NCBI GenBank assembly: GCA_001567355.1
Contig: JYNZ01000003.1
Span: 402,263 to 466,262, forward strand
DNA length: 64,000 nucleotides
Direction of reading: 5' to 3'
DNA from: a candidate division WS6 bacterium OLB20
GTDB taxonomy: Bacteria; Patescibacteriota; Dojkabacteria; B142; OLB20
Both the position numbers and the translations under genes were made by a program. Below are positions 8,984 to 18,618 of the stretch, in pieces (position 1 is the first letter of the stretch; the number at the start of each line of letters is the position of its first letter). The notes beneath the pieces are model-generated. The model was not told where the DNA came from. It ran no database searches and was given only the letters and a program-made list of their open reading frames with translations.

Positions 8984-11551
8984 TTAACCGGCACCCTTCG
9001 GTTTGAGCGGAGCATTAAATCCTCCGCCGCCGAACCCTCCTGCCATGCCGCCGGGAACAGGTGCTCCGCCTCCCTGATCTGCAGCTTCCTTTGCCTTGCT
9101 GCCGCTCAGGTCTGAGCGTTCGTTCATCTCTGCTTCAACAAGCCCGCGGTCGCGACCGTAGCGAAGACGTGACAGGTTTTTAACGATCTGGGCAACTTTC
9201 TTATTGCCGTGTTTCGGAAGTGCAAACGGTGCATTCCCGTAGTCCGTACTGATGGAGAATGCAGGCGGCGACTCTCCCTGAGCGATAATCTTCACGTAGG
9301 CATTTCTGTTCTCAAGGTTGGTGAGATCGGTCTGATCAAACATGGGAGTGAAAATGGTTTCAAGAAACTGTGCGTCAGACGTACCGACTTTCATACTGAC
9401 CACAGTACCAACGTTTCCAAACACGGCATCCCGGATCTTCTCATCAATCTGGGCAATGTACTGGTTGGCAACGACAAGGTTGAGACGGTATTTACGCGCT
9501 TCTGACAGGATCTGTGCAAAATCCTGGGTCGAAAAGTTCTGGAACTCGTCAACATACAGATAAAAGTCCTTACGAAGATCCTCCTGAGTATCAGCGCGGC
9601 TCATGGCAGACGACAGTATGCGTGGTACCAGAAGCAATCCCAGGAACTGTGCATTTTCTTCTCCGATCAGACCTTTCGACAGATTGACGATCAGAATCTT
9701 CTGATCATCCATAATCTTGCGCATGTTAAATCCTGATGCCGTCTGACCGAAGATGTTTCGGGTCAGTTTATTAGTGACAAAGCGGTCAAACTTCGAAACG
9801 ATGTATCCCAGAACCTCTGACTTGTGAAAGTCCTGCGTCTTTGCAATTTCGTCAGTCCAGTAACGCCTGACAAGGTCATCTTTAATTTCGGGGATAATGG
9901 TCTTGGCGTAATCCTCATCCGAAAGAATACGCAGCACTTCAACGAGAGTGCTGCCAGGCCGTTCCATAGCAGTAAGCATTGCATTTCGGACAGCACGTTC
10001 AAATCTGGGACCGGTAATACCCTGATTATGAGGGTCAAACATTTTCTGCATCAGACCTACAAACGAGTTTACTGTTCGATGCTTATCCTGCTCATTAAAG
10101 TACTCAATGATATTGAAACCTATCGGCCTGTCAGTGTCGCCCGGATCCCAGTAGATCACGTCTTCAATACGGTGAGGCGGAATGCGTTCAAGCAGCCACT
10201 CGGCAGAGTCACCGTGTGGATCAAGAAAAGCTATGCCCTCGCCGTTGATGATATCCTGATAGGCCATCTGCTGGATAAAGTACGATTTACCGGAGCCGGT
10301 CTTACCGATCACATACATATGACGGCGACGGTCATCGCGGTTGATATAAATATTCTTTTTAACATCACGGTAGACGTTAGTGCCAAGCCACAGGTCACCG
10401 CTGGACGGCACAGTGGATGAAGCAGCTGCACGTTTTGACAGCAGCCAGTTGATGTGCGGAGTATCGACAGTTCTATTGGGATAGTGCATTATCGTTGCCA
10501 GCTCTGCCGTATTCAGTACAAAGCTCTCACGCGGAACCCGGTAGATGAAATCCTTTACAAACTTAATCTTGTCCTTTGCATTGAGTGATACTTTCTTGAA
10601 GTGATTACTGCCCTCCTTGGTAAACTGCGAAAAGGAGCTGATCATACTTTCAAGGGTGATTTCTGCCTGCTGATCACTAGGTGCTACTGCAACCAGCCGT
10701 ATATCAACATTAAACCCGCCCTTTTCGCATTTTTTCTCAATCGCTCCCAGCAGGTCTTCGGCAACATCCATTTTCTTCTTCTCGGGATCTGAATTGTTGG
10801 TGCGTACCTTATCGACAAACTTTTTACCACCGTTACGCCATGATGATCCGGCACCGGTAATGACGACCTGCATCGCAGCCGCCTCACCCATGGTCAGTTT
10901 ACTCATAGTTGTCAGCAGCGATGACAGCGAATCGGTCGAGAGCTCTTCGTATGTACGAACCGGCTTATAGGTGTCGGAATCAAGCTTAAGCGTGCCGAAC
11001 TTGACCTTGCTGCCATCTGCAAAGATATTGTACTCCTGCGCAATAGCGACCTCTGCCGTAGGATATGCACCGTTTACCGCTTTTTCGACCGTATTTGCCA
11101 GATTTCTGCTGGCCACAATATAAAAACGGATATTCTCGGGCATACCTACAATCTCAAAGCTCACAAACGAACGTGCCTTGGTCAGTTTTTCGAAACCCTT
11201 GTAGGTCTCACTGATACCAAGCAACCCTGAGAACATCTGATCCGCGGCCTGGATCTCGACCTCATTATTGCGGGGAACGCGCACCTCAAAAACAACTGCA
11301 TCGAGCGATTTTTTCTCCATTGACGCTTCTCTCACTCCGCCAAAAAAGCGGCGGAAGAGTGAGCGAATGACCAGTATCACAATAATGAAAGAGATAACGA
11401 AGATCAGCAGACCGATCCAGAATCCCGGATTAAGCAGAAATCCGACCGGACTGTTTGACACTCCCGGCACCACAGCAGGAGTGGTCCGCAGTGTTGTCTG
11501 GGACAGAGGCAACGGAATCATGTTGTGCAACAATGCGGGCAAATATGCCAT
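8984..11551 (-). CDS. VirB4/VirD4-superfamily conjugative-type ATPase (TraG/TraD/TrbE-like; FtsK-HerA clade P-loop NTPase).
   Basis: 855 aa. One N-terminal TM. Walker A YVIGKTGSGKSY is followed 22 aa later by FLDPHGD, the DPxGD/E motif found after the P-loop in T4SS VirD4/VirB4 ATPases. Walker B-like LYVDEFQNF. Glycine-rich C-terminal tail GGGAPVPGGMAGGFGGGGF. Confidence 0.7.
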   Translation of the reverse strand: MAYLPALLHNMIPLPLSQTTLRTTPAVVPGVSNSPVGFLLNPGFWIGLLIFVISFIIVILVIRSLFRRFFGGVREASMEKKSLDAVVFEVRVPRNNEVEIQAADQMFSGLLGISETYKGFEKLTKARSFVSFEIVGMPENIRFYIVASRNLANTVEKAVNGAYPTAEVAIAQEYNIFADGSKVKFGTLKLDSDTYKPVRTYEELSTDSLSSLLTTMSKLTMGEAAAMQVVITGAGSSWRNGGKKFVDKVRTNNSDPEKKKMDVAEDLLGAIEKKCEKGGFNVDIRLVAVAPSDQQAEITLESMISSFSQFTKEGSNHFKKVSLNAKDKIKFVKDFIYRVPRESFVLNTAELATIMHYPNRTVDTPHINWLLSKRAAASSTVPSSGDLWLGTNVYRDVKKNIYINRDDRRRHMYVIGKTGSGKSYFIQQMAYQDIINGEGIAFLDPHGDSAEWLLERIPPHRIEDVIYWDPGDTDRPIGFNIIEYFNEQDKHRTVNSFVGLMQKMFDPHNQGITGPRFERAVRNAMLTAMERPGSTLVEVLRILSDEDYAKTIIPEIKDDLVRRYWTDEIAKTQDFHKSEVLGYIVSKFDRFVTNKLTRNIFGQTASGFNMRKIMDDQKILIVNLSKGLIGEENAQFLGLLLVPRILSSAMSRADTQEDLRKDFYLYVDEFQNFSTQDFAQILSEARKYRLNLVVANQYIAQIDEKIRDAVFGNVGTVVSMKVGTSDAQFLETIFTPMFDQTDLTNLENRNAYVKIIAQGESPPAFSISTDYGNAPFALPKHGNKKVAQIVKNLSRLRYGRDRGLVEAEMNERSDLSGSKAKEAADQGGGAPVPGGMAGGFGGGGFNAPLKPKGAG

Positions 11552-11605
11552 TATGCTAGTTCATCATACACCATTGAAAATATACCTTCAAAAGCGAATA
11601 ACGCG

Positions 11606-12142
11606 TTATGAGCTGCGCTGGCTTTGCTTTTTCAGGAGTCGATCGAGGAACATATAGACCCATGTACGCGCTTCTCCGGTATCGCCTCCTTTTTCCTTCT
11701 GCTCCGCAATCAGTTTAGGATTTGTTGCGATCTGCAGAGGGATTTTATATCCGTAAAACGATGGCGGTTCTGGCCCCTTTGGCTGTGCAGGTTTAGGCTG
11801 AGGCTTAGGTGCCTGCGGCTGCTGAGGAGGCTGTGGTCTTTGTTCCTGCTGCTCTGCTGCACGCTCCGGTTGCGGCTGCTGCTCAATACGTCTGATCGCC
11901 TCATTTCCATATTCAATTGAACGTTCGGGGGCTGCATTTGGAGATGACTCAATCCGGACAGGTCCTGTCTCGGGCGAACCGCCAGCAAAACCACCCTGCT
12001 GCACTGGTTGCTGTGCCAGCTGGTTGGGAAGCGGCTGTCCTGAGACCGGGTCAAAGTACTGTCCGGTCTGGGGATCATACTGCGGCGGAAATACCGGCAG
12101 TCCTGTGTTGGGATCAATTGGGGGTTGCTGCTGTCCTGCCAT
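11606..12142 (-). CDS. Pro/Gln-rich low-complexity hypothetical protein.
   Basis: 178 aa, with PQ repeats QPQPERAAEQQEQRPQPPQQPQAPKPQPKPAQPKGPEPP. Positioned between smpB and the T4SS-type ATPase, co-directional. Its stop overlaps the smpB start. Confidence 0.4.
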   Translation of the reverse strand: MAGQQQPPIDPNTGLPVFPPQYDPQTGQYFDPVSGQPLPNQLAQQPVQQGGFAGGSPETGPVRIESSPNAAPERSIEYGNEAIRRIEQQPQPERAAEQQEQRPQPPQQPQAPKPQPKPAQPKGPEPPSFYGYKIPLQIATNPKLIAEQKEKGGDTGEARTWVYMFLDRLLKKQSQRSS

Positions 12143-12597
12143 TATCTTAGGTTAAACTGTTTAATATCACGTTCGATTGTGCGCTTCGTCTCTTTTTCCT
12201 TTAATGCCTGACGTTTATCGTAGAGCTTTTTTCCGCGTGCCAGCGCCAGCTTTAATTTTACAATATTACGTTCAGTATGCATATTTACCGGTACTATTGT
12301 GCTGCCACGCTCGTTTTTACCGCGCATCAGAGCATCAAGCTCACTTCTGTGAAGCAGCAGTTTGCGGTCACGCGTCTCGACACCGGCATCAGGATTGGCC
12401 ATACCCCGCCACTTGGCGATATGAGCACCAACAAGCCATGCTTCTGAGTCACGGATCGTGATATAACTCTCTTTGAGGCTGACATTCCCTGCTTTGACTG
12501 ATTTTACCTCCCAGCCTTCGAGCACAATACCTGCATCATATGTTGCCAGCTGCTCGTAATTGAACAGCGCTTTTTTATTGGTAACCAGCGTTTTCAT
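12142..12597 (-). CDS. smpB: SsrA-binding protein SmpB.
   Basis: 151 aa. Full-length match to the SmpB pattern (KKALFNYEQLATYDAGIVLEGWEVKSVKAGNVSLKESY...LLLHRSELDAL..., basic C-terminal tail). Confidence 0.9.
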   Translation of the reverse strand: MKTLVTNKKALFNYEQLATYDAGIVLEGWEVKSVKAGNVSLKESYITIRDSEAWLVGAHIAKWRGMANPDAGVETRDRKLLLHRSELDALMRGKNERGSTIVPVNMHTERNIVKLKLALARGKKLYDKRQALKEKETKRTIERDIKQFNLR

Positions 12598-12599
12598 GA

Positions 12600-14951
12600 T
12601 CAGAAGTTTTCGAGGCCGGCAAGCGGGAGTTCAAAGACGGCTGTACCGTCAAGAACAAACAATTTTCCGGAAGACCTGTCTGCAATTATCTCTTTGATAT
12701 TGGCAAATGTTCCGTCATCAGGTCCTTTGTATTGATACTGCGCTTTAAGCGGCATCGTTTCCACATCCTTAACAAATACAAGGATTCGCTTGTTGACCGG
12801 ATCGGCAATATACACATAGACCTCATCAACGAACATTGCTGTCGCCTGGTGCAGGTTTTCACCCTGATCAAGTCCAAGCAGTTGGGGAGTATCATTTTCG
12901 TTGTTGAGTGCGCGGTACAGTCCCTGCATAATATCCGCAAGAACGTAGATCTTGAGATCATTGATACTCAGATCCGTGCCGGTCGAAAGCTCTTCCAGCT
13001 CAAAGCGTTTTGACGGTATTCCGTACGCATCGCCCGAGCGCTGCAACATTACTACAGACTTGATGCTCTGGTCAACTCCATACACACGCCCGCCAAAGAT
13101 ATCGACAAATTCTATATCTCGAATGTTTCCAAGTCTAAATTCGGATGTGCCTGCATGGCGCACGATCGAGCCATCTTCTGCACTGATTGTCCCGAGCCTG
13201 CGGTCGCCATCCTCATCAAGCACCACAATATCACCGTTGTTATCTGCAGTGATACTTCGCGGGGATGTCAGACCTGTTGCAAGTTCGGTCAGACTGCCAC
13301 CGGATGCAGGGATCTGATAGACCTTGCCGTACTCGCGGTCAGAGATGTACAGCGTCCCGCCGGAGAGCGTAATGTCGCTCGGAGATGCACCGGGAAACAG
13401 ACCGCCGACATCGACCAGCTGCTTCGGGTCGTCAACACTGATTACTTTATTAAGGAGATCACGCAATTCAGAAATGCGCGCGCTGCGGGTTGAGACCTCG
13501 TCCTGGAATTTCTCGACATCTCCGACTGCTGCAAGTTCCACTTCCGCCTCATCAAGTTTGGCAAGCATCGAATCCCTGCGCTCCGTGTTGTTGGATGCGC
13601 CGGCAATGATCTCTGCGACTTTGTCGACCTCTTCAATCAGCTCGATTGCATTATCAAGACGCAACTGTGCCTCTTCTTCAAGTGCAATTCGTGCATTGTT
13701 TTCATTAATACTGCGAATACTGAAGAACAGAATCGCACCGACAACAATTACGACAAAAGCCACGATCCTCCAGTTACGGCCAGGTCCTCTGCCCTTCAGG
13801 TAAATGCCGTCCTTCTTCATACCCAGGATGCCTTCCCAGATATTCTCCTTTAAAAACATTCCTACCTGTTTGAGGACAGCAGCGACTCTGTCGAGCATCA
13901 CCTTGTATGTGGGCTGATCATAGTTGATCTCTGTGTCGGTAGCGGTGGTTTTTGCCTCAGCTGCCGGAGCGGATTGTGCAGCCGGCGTCGGTCTTCCGCT
14001 GCGTTTTCTGCGCTGCTGATTTACAAAGTTTGTCAGCTTTGTCTTTACCGCAACTGCTCCTTCGCGCAGCCTGTCAACAAGTGCCTGGGCCTCTGTATCA
14101 TCAAATGTGGCCTGCTCATACATCGACTGCTCATCATCGTAAGCCTCGTCATCTGTATACTCCTGATCATTTTCTTCGTCCTGCATTACGTCATCAGCAG
14201 GGGCGACAACAGGCTTATCAGCCTTTGTTTCGCGCATTTTTGCGACAGTCTCCTGGACCGTCGGAGTCGTCTCCTGCAGGATGCGTTCTGCCCTGGCCTC
14301 CTGACGGTCAACACCGAAGCCGATCATGATTGCAGAAACAAGCGGTCCGTTATCAAAACTGCGCTGCTTGAACGCCGTATCATTAAATTCAACCGCGATA
14401 TCGAGCAGCTCATCGCGGGTCATCTCTTTAACCAGGGCAGGCGAACTCAGCATAATCACGTCACCCTGCTTAAGCATGGTGCTGCCGACACGCACATGTC
14501 CGCGGCCTGTAGGGTCTTTAAGCGACGGAGCGATATCAACCATGATTCCGTCACGAAGCATATGTGCATGCCCCTGACCCATGCTGACAAAATAGGCAAT
14601 ACGCTTGTGAATCACGAGGGCAATCAGATCTATGTCGATACCGGTCTCAGCGGCGTCATCGTGTTCAAGCAGCTTCTGCAGATAATTCTGTGTCGAGATA
14701 ACCGCCTTTTCAAGAGCCAGCAGCGGCTTATCCTCGGGGTTTTCAAAGTATGTTTCGTGAAGATGATCCAGAAGCAGATTACCGGCAGTGGATACGTTAA
14801 ACGAGTCAGGACCGGTCATCGAAATGGCCGCAAAAATATCACCCCGTTTTTTTATGAACTCATCGTTCTGAGGTGAATACGTGTAGACACTGGCCCATTT
14901 TCCGGGCCGGGGCGTGCCGATAAAGTATTTTTTCTGGATATCTGTCCTCAT
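12600..14951 (-). CDS. Bitopic membrane protein: N-terminal cytoplasmic PP2C-like (SpoIIE-fold) domain, acidic linker, one TM, extracellular NHL-repeat beta-propeller.
   Basis: 783 aa. PP2C-like blocks FVSMGQGHAHMLRDGIMVD and GDVIMLSSPALVKEM. TM at IVAFVVIVVGAILFFSI. C-terminal repeats SPRSITADNNGDIVVLDEDGDRRLG, GRVYGVDQS, YVYIADPVNKRILVF and KLFVLDGTAVFEL are typical of NHL propellers. Confidence 0.6.
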   Translation of the reverse strand: MRTDIQKKYFIGTPRPGKWASVYTYSPQNDEFIKKRGDIFAAISMTGPDSFNVSTAGNLLLDHLHETYFENPEDKPLLALEKAVISTQNYLQKLLEHDDAAETGIDIDLIALVIHKRIAYFVSMGQGHAHMLRDGIMVDIAPSLKDPTGRGHVRVGSTMLKQGDVIMLSSPALVKEMTRDELLDIAVEFNDTAFKQRSFDNGPLVSAIMIGFGVDRQEARAERILQETTPTVQETVAKMRETKADKPVVAPADDVMQDEENDQEYTDDEAYDDEQSMYEQATFDDTEAQALVDRLREGAVAVKTKLTNFVNQQRRKRSGRPTPAAQSAPAAEAKTTATDTEINYDQPTYKVMLDRVAAVLKQVGMFLKENIWEGILGMKKDGIYLKGRGPGRNWRIVAFVVIVVGAILFFSIRSINENNARIALEEEAQLRLDNAIELIEEVDKVAEIIAGASNNTERRDSMLAKLDEAEVELAAVGDVEKFQDEVSTRSARISELRDLLNKVISVDDPKQLVDVGGLFPGASPSDITLSGGTLYISDREYGKVYQIPASGGSLTELATGLTSPRSITADNNGDIVVLDEDGDRRLGTISAEDGSIVRHAGTSEFRLGNIRDIEFVDIFGGRVYGVDQSIKSVVMLQRSGDAYGIPSKRFELEELSTGTDLSINDLKIYVLADIMQGLYRALNNENDTPQLLGLDQGENLHQATAMFVDEVYVYIADPVNKRILVFVKDVETMPLKAQYQYKGPDDGTFANIKEIIADRSSGKLFVLDGTAVFELPLAGLENF

Positions 14952-15184
14952 GCTGCAGGATTAACTATGACTGTAAGGACCAGTACTAGAAACAACAGTA
15001 TAACATGCAGGAGCGCATAGATCATGATCGGAACCCGCAGTCCTGTCTTGATCAGACGACTGGTAAGGACTGTCTGCCTTACGATTACGAGCATGGTCAG
15101 AAGCAGCAGCACCATATAGACTATAGCAGCTATCTTTCCGACTGCAAGAATAAATACATATTCTGCTCCGTTTAAATCCGTCAT
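14948..15184 (-). CDS. Small hydrophobic membrane protein (78 aa), uncertain.
   Basis: The ORF is fully hydrophobic (two TM helices), overlaps neighbouring genes by 4 nt at both ends, and is co-directional with them. Confidence 0.3.
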   Translation of the reverse strand: MTDLNGAEYVFILAVGKIAAIVYMVLLLLTMLVIVRQTVLTSRLIKTGLRVPIMIYALLHVILLFLVLVLTVIVNPAA

Positions 15185-15837
15185 GGCTCCAGTGCCCTCC
15201 TTGGTTTAGTATGGACAAGCTTATTAAGATCAGTCAGCACATCCCGAAACCAGGTCGGATCAGGTACTGACTCAAAGCGGAATTTTCCGCGCTCAGATGC
15301 TGTTGTAATAATAATGTCGCCGTAGTTAAACAATGCAGGAAACAGTCCGACAACCTGCTGGCTGACATCCTCAATGTTTTTCAGTGGAGCCTCGGAGATA
15401 AACTTACCGGTAAGGATTCTGAACTCGATGTGAACAAACCGCTCACTTGTGACCAGATAAATGTCAAAGTACCAGTCAATAAATCTGGCAAACACGTAAC
15501 TGAAAATATTGACATAGTAGATTGCCGCCATCACAAGCCATGCGCCAGGTGCCAGCAGTTCCCACAAAGTGAAGTCACGGGGAATGAACTGCGGAAAACT
15601 GTCGGCCAGGATTTCTGTGCCAATGATCACAAGCAGTGGCAGCACTGCGAGCAGTGTTGCCCTAAATACCCAGCCGAGGTTAGTGATAACATGCTTGCGA
15701 GCCAGAATGTACACATGCTCGCCACGGTCCTGCGTGGCAAACGATACACCTCTCGGGTAGACACTGAGCTGTCCGAGAAGGCCTGACTTAGGTTTTGGAA
15801 GTATCTCGCGCACCGAGCGCGGATCGGCATCAGCCAT
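15181..15837 (-). CDS. Membrane protein with a bacterial PH domain (bPH_2/YdbT-like).
   Basis: 218 aa. A two-TM hairpin (VFRATLLAVLPLLVIIG ... GAWLVMAAIYYVNIFSYVFA) is followed by a ~90-aa beta-rich domain. This arrangement is typical of DUF304/bPH_2 proteins. Confidence 0.5.
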   Translation of the reverse strand: MADADPRSVREILPKPKSGLLGQLSVYPRGVSFATQDRGEHVYILARKHVITNLGWVFRATLLAVLPLLVIIGTEILADSFPQFIPRDFTLWELLAPGAWLVMAAIYYVNIFSYVFARFIDWYFDIYLVTSERFVHIEFRILTGKFISEAPLKNIEDVSQQVVGLFPALFNYGDIIITTASERGKFRFESVPDPTWFRDVLTDLNKLVHTKPRRALEP

Positions 15838-15894
15838 GGCTTATTGTATCAGGCGGACGGGATATGTTCCACAAGAGAACGTTTTGAGCAGATA

Positions 15895-17664
15895 TCAGCC
15901 GGTCTTGCCGGTCCAGGTAAGACTGTATATATAGTCCTGCTGTCCTGCAGGTTTTGAATAGGCCCAGCTGTTCCAAACGGCCTTGAAGAGCCACCCTGCC
16001 ATCACCTGGCTTCCGGCACTACCGTTAATACGTACCTGTTTTACGCGCTGCGACGGATCCTTGATAAATTCGAGACTCGTTACCGTACCGGTGCCGTTGC
16101 GCACGTTTTTGAGAAAAGTGTTTGCTCCTCCTGAGGTATAGTTGTCTGCTGCCCAGTTTAGGAACGTTGTAACCTCTGCCATGGTGTAGCTGTTGGTCTT
16201 CCATGCCCAGTTTGTGTACGAATAGCTTGCTGCTACTGCTGTGTCATTTGTTGCACGAAGATACGAGTATGGCGTTCCCACACCTGCAAAGTTTGACCAG
16301 ACAGTGTCGTTGTTGGCTGTACCATGACCCTGGCTGTTATCCGACGAATAGAGCGCTCGGATGATCTGACCGTTATGTGTTGCCCCTGTAGAGATGATCA
16401 CCTGATTTCTGGTCTCATCTGCTGCCCACTGCTTTGCATTGCCACCTTTATAGACCTGACATGCGGCAGTAGTGCAGATTGAACCGCCATAACTTGCAGC
16501 GTAGGACCGGGCGGCAATCACCTGAGCCTTGATTGCCTCCTCCGGCCAGCAGTCCCAGATAGTACCTGTATTGTCCACCACGTACTTGGCCGGGTTTGCT
16601 GCCGCCTGCTGTGCATTACCGCAAGCCTTATCCGGCACCTCACCGAGTCCTGCCACATATTCATTAAGATCTATCCAGCGGTTAACATAACCCGCATACG
16701 CAGTATTGCCAGATACAAAGACCGAACCTGTGCGCTCCTGCACCTCTGTCTGAGCATAGTAGAACTTTACAATCCTGACAGCGTCCCATCCGTTTTTTGC
16801 TGCACCGTATGCACCGAACTGCGACATTCCGACACCGTGTCCCTGATATTTGTCACGTCCGGTACCGGCGAGGTATAACTCTCCCGCGACAATATCTGTA
16901 CCTCCCTGATCAGGGTTTGAATTATCAAGAATACGGTCCTCCTCGGCGATAATCCTCTGCTGCTCGGCTGTCAGCTGCTCGATCTTCTGCTGTACGCTGC
17001 TGACCTGGCTGCGCAGTGTGCTGGCACTGTTGTTACTGGCGGCAATTGTGGTATTAATTTCTTTCAGCCGGTTTTCCAGCGTGGACTTTTTCTCCGCCAG
17101 TGCCACTCTGTCAGTTTCAAGTGTACTTATCTGTGAGGCATAGGAGTCGCGGCTGCGGCTGAGAGCATCCAGCTGGGTCGACAGACCGAGGATTTTTTCT
17201 TCGGATTGCTCGGACAGATACTCCTGATAGAGTGTACTCTTTAAAAAGTCCTCACTGCCAAACATCGTCTGGGTAAAATCAGTTGTCTTCCAGAGTACAT
17301 AGGCTTCTGTAACCTCATCGTTCTGCTTCTTTTCTGTCTCTTCCTTTTCCAGCTTTTTGAGATTGATCTCCTCGTTCAACTGTTTTTGCTCGAGCTCGTT
17401 GACTGCAAGCTGCTGTTCGACCTCAGCCAGCTCTGCCTGAACTTTTTCGATATCGTTCTGTGATGAGGCTTTCTTGCTCTGACTTTCTTTCAGCTTGTTC
17501 TGTGCCTCTTCAAGCTGTTTATTAAGTTTATCAAGCTCACCTTTTTTGTCTTCGATCTCTTCACCAACCTCGTCTGCAGTCCGGGCAACTACGACAGCAG
17601 GAGCAGCCAGATAGCTGAATGCGGTAATGAAGATAAGTGCAACAGTTGTCAGGCGCATGTTCAT
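15895..17664 (-). CDS. Secreted SpoIID/LytB-domain protein with an N-terminal coiled coil.
   Basis: Signal peptide, ~230-aa heptad-rich coiled coil, then a C-terminal domain with GHGVGMSQFGAYGAAKNGWDAVRIVKFYY, the SpoIID/LytB signature. Confidence 0.7.
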   Translation of the reverse strand: MNMRLTTVALIFITAFSYLAAPAVVVARTADEVGEEIEDKKGELDKLNKQLEEAQNKLKESQSKKASSQNDIEKVQAELAEVEQQLAVNELEQKQLNEEINLKKLEKEETEKKQNDEVTEAYVLWKTTDFTQTMFGSEDFLKSTLYQEYLSEQSEEKILGLSTQLDALSRSRDSYASQISTLETDRVALAEKKSTLENRLKEINTTIAASNNSASTLRSQVSSVQQKIEQLTAEQQRIIAEEDRILDNSNPDQGGTDIVAGELYLAGTGRDKYQGHGVGMSQFGAYGAAKNGWDAVRIVKFYYAQTEVQERTGSVFVSGNTAYAGYVNRWIDLNEYVAGLGEVPDKACGNAQQAAANPAKYVVDNTGTIWDCWPEEAIKAQVIAARSYAASYGGSICTTAACQVYKGGNAKQWAADETRNQVIISTGATHNGQIIRALYSSDNSQGHGTANNDTVWSNFAGVGTPYSYLRATNDTAVAASYSYTNWAWKTNSYTMAEVTTFLNWAADNYTSGGANTFLKNVRNGTGTVTSLEFIKDPSQRVKQVRINGSAGSQVMAGWLFKAVWNSWAYSKPAGQQDYIYSLTWTGKTG

Positions 17665-17810
17665 ACCCTGTAATAAGGCGTTCTGAGCATATTGTTACAC
17701 ATTTACGCCGTAACGGGCAACCGGCAATGGTATCAACCACGCGCACCCGCTGTGGACAAACAGTAATCACACAACAACTTCAGCCTGGTGATAACGAGTA
17801 CTATTTTTAC

Positions 17811-18578
17811 TCAGAGAGCAATAACATTATCTCCCCAGTCTTCGTACTCAGGATAATGCGTGAAAAAGAGAATCTGATATTCATCCTTGTACTTCTCAAG
17901 AATTGCCCTGATCTGAAGCCTGCGGGGAGCATCACATGTTACGAAAGGATCATCAAGCAAAAGCGGAACGGGATTGTTTCCGGCAATTGTTTTTAAGAAG
18001 GCAAGCCGTGCCAGAAAGTAAATCTGATCAACCGTACCTGCCGATAATGCCTCGGTCGGGACAACCCAGTCATTCTTTTCTGCGCTGAACACTTCGACGG
18101 CAAGATCATCACGCAGCCGTGCCTCTGTATATCTGCCACCTGTGATCGTACCCAGATGCTGCTCAATCGCGGCAGATACAACCTTCTGCGCACTGCTTGC
18201 CGTAGCTTTCACCGCTTTTGCAAGCTCCTGAAGAACAAGCCCGACAACCTGCTCCCTCCTCTTATGATACGCGAGACGCTGCTGCGCAGCCGCCAGCTGC
18301 TCTTCAAGACTCACTATCATCTCACGGTCAACCGGTGCATCCTCCTGCCTGACCTGCGATGCTGTCGTCTTCTGCTCCTCGCGCTTGCGCTCGAGTTTGA
18401 GCATGTCAAGCTCGCGGCGCTTACGCAGATACTCATCAGAGCTAAGTCTGGCGTGTTTTACATCATCTGTAAGCTCAGAATGTTCCAGCTCCTTCTTTGC
18501 ATTCAGCAGTTCAACCTGCTCGGTGCGAAGCTCATCGGCTGACTTGCCGGACAACATCCCCTCAAGACGCGCGTTCAC
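17811..18578 (-). CDS. sbcC: SbcC/Rad50-like ATPase, C-terminal fragment. The signature helix and Walker B/D-loop are present. It is separated from the N-terminal fragment by a frameshift.
   Basis: Ends with LLLDDPFVTCDAPRRLQIRAILEKY (SMC-type Walker B/D-loop). Read upstream, its frame continues without a stop into the 18619..19920 ORF once one base is removed from the A5 run at 18626-18630. Confidence 0.7.
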   Translation of the reverse strand: MNARLEGMLSGKSADELRTEQVELLNAKKELEHSELTDDVKHARLSSDEYLRKRRELDMLKLERKREEQKTTASQVRQEDAPVDREMIVSLEEQLAAAQQRLAYHKRREQVVGLVLQELAKAVKATASSAQKVVSAAIEQHLGTITGGRYTEARLRDDLAVEVFSAEKNDWVVPTEALSAGTVDQIYFLARLAFLKTIAGNNPVPLLLDDPFVTCDAPRRLQIRAILEKYKDEYQILFFTHYPEYEDWGDNVIAL

Positions 18579-18618
18579 TTCTGCAAGCTGCTGTTTTACT
18601 CCTGTGTATTCGGCCTTT

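Noticed and set aside
9824-10420. 198-aa plus-strand ORF and others inside the T4SS-type ATPase region
   Set aside because: It is antisense to a strongly supported 855-aa gene carrying Walker motifs. It has no independent signal.
13974-14876. 300-aa plus-strand ORF
   Set aside because: It is antisense within the PP2C-NHL gene. Its composition is Cys/Arg/Leu-rich, typical of reverse-frame artefacts.
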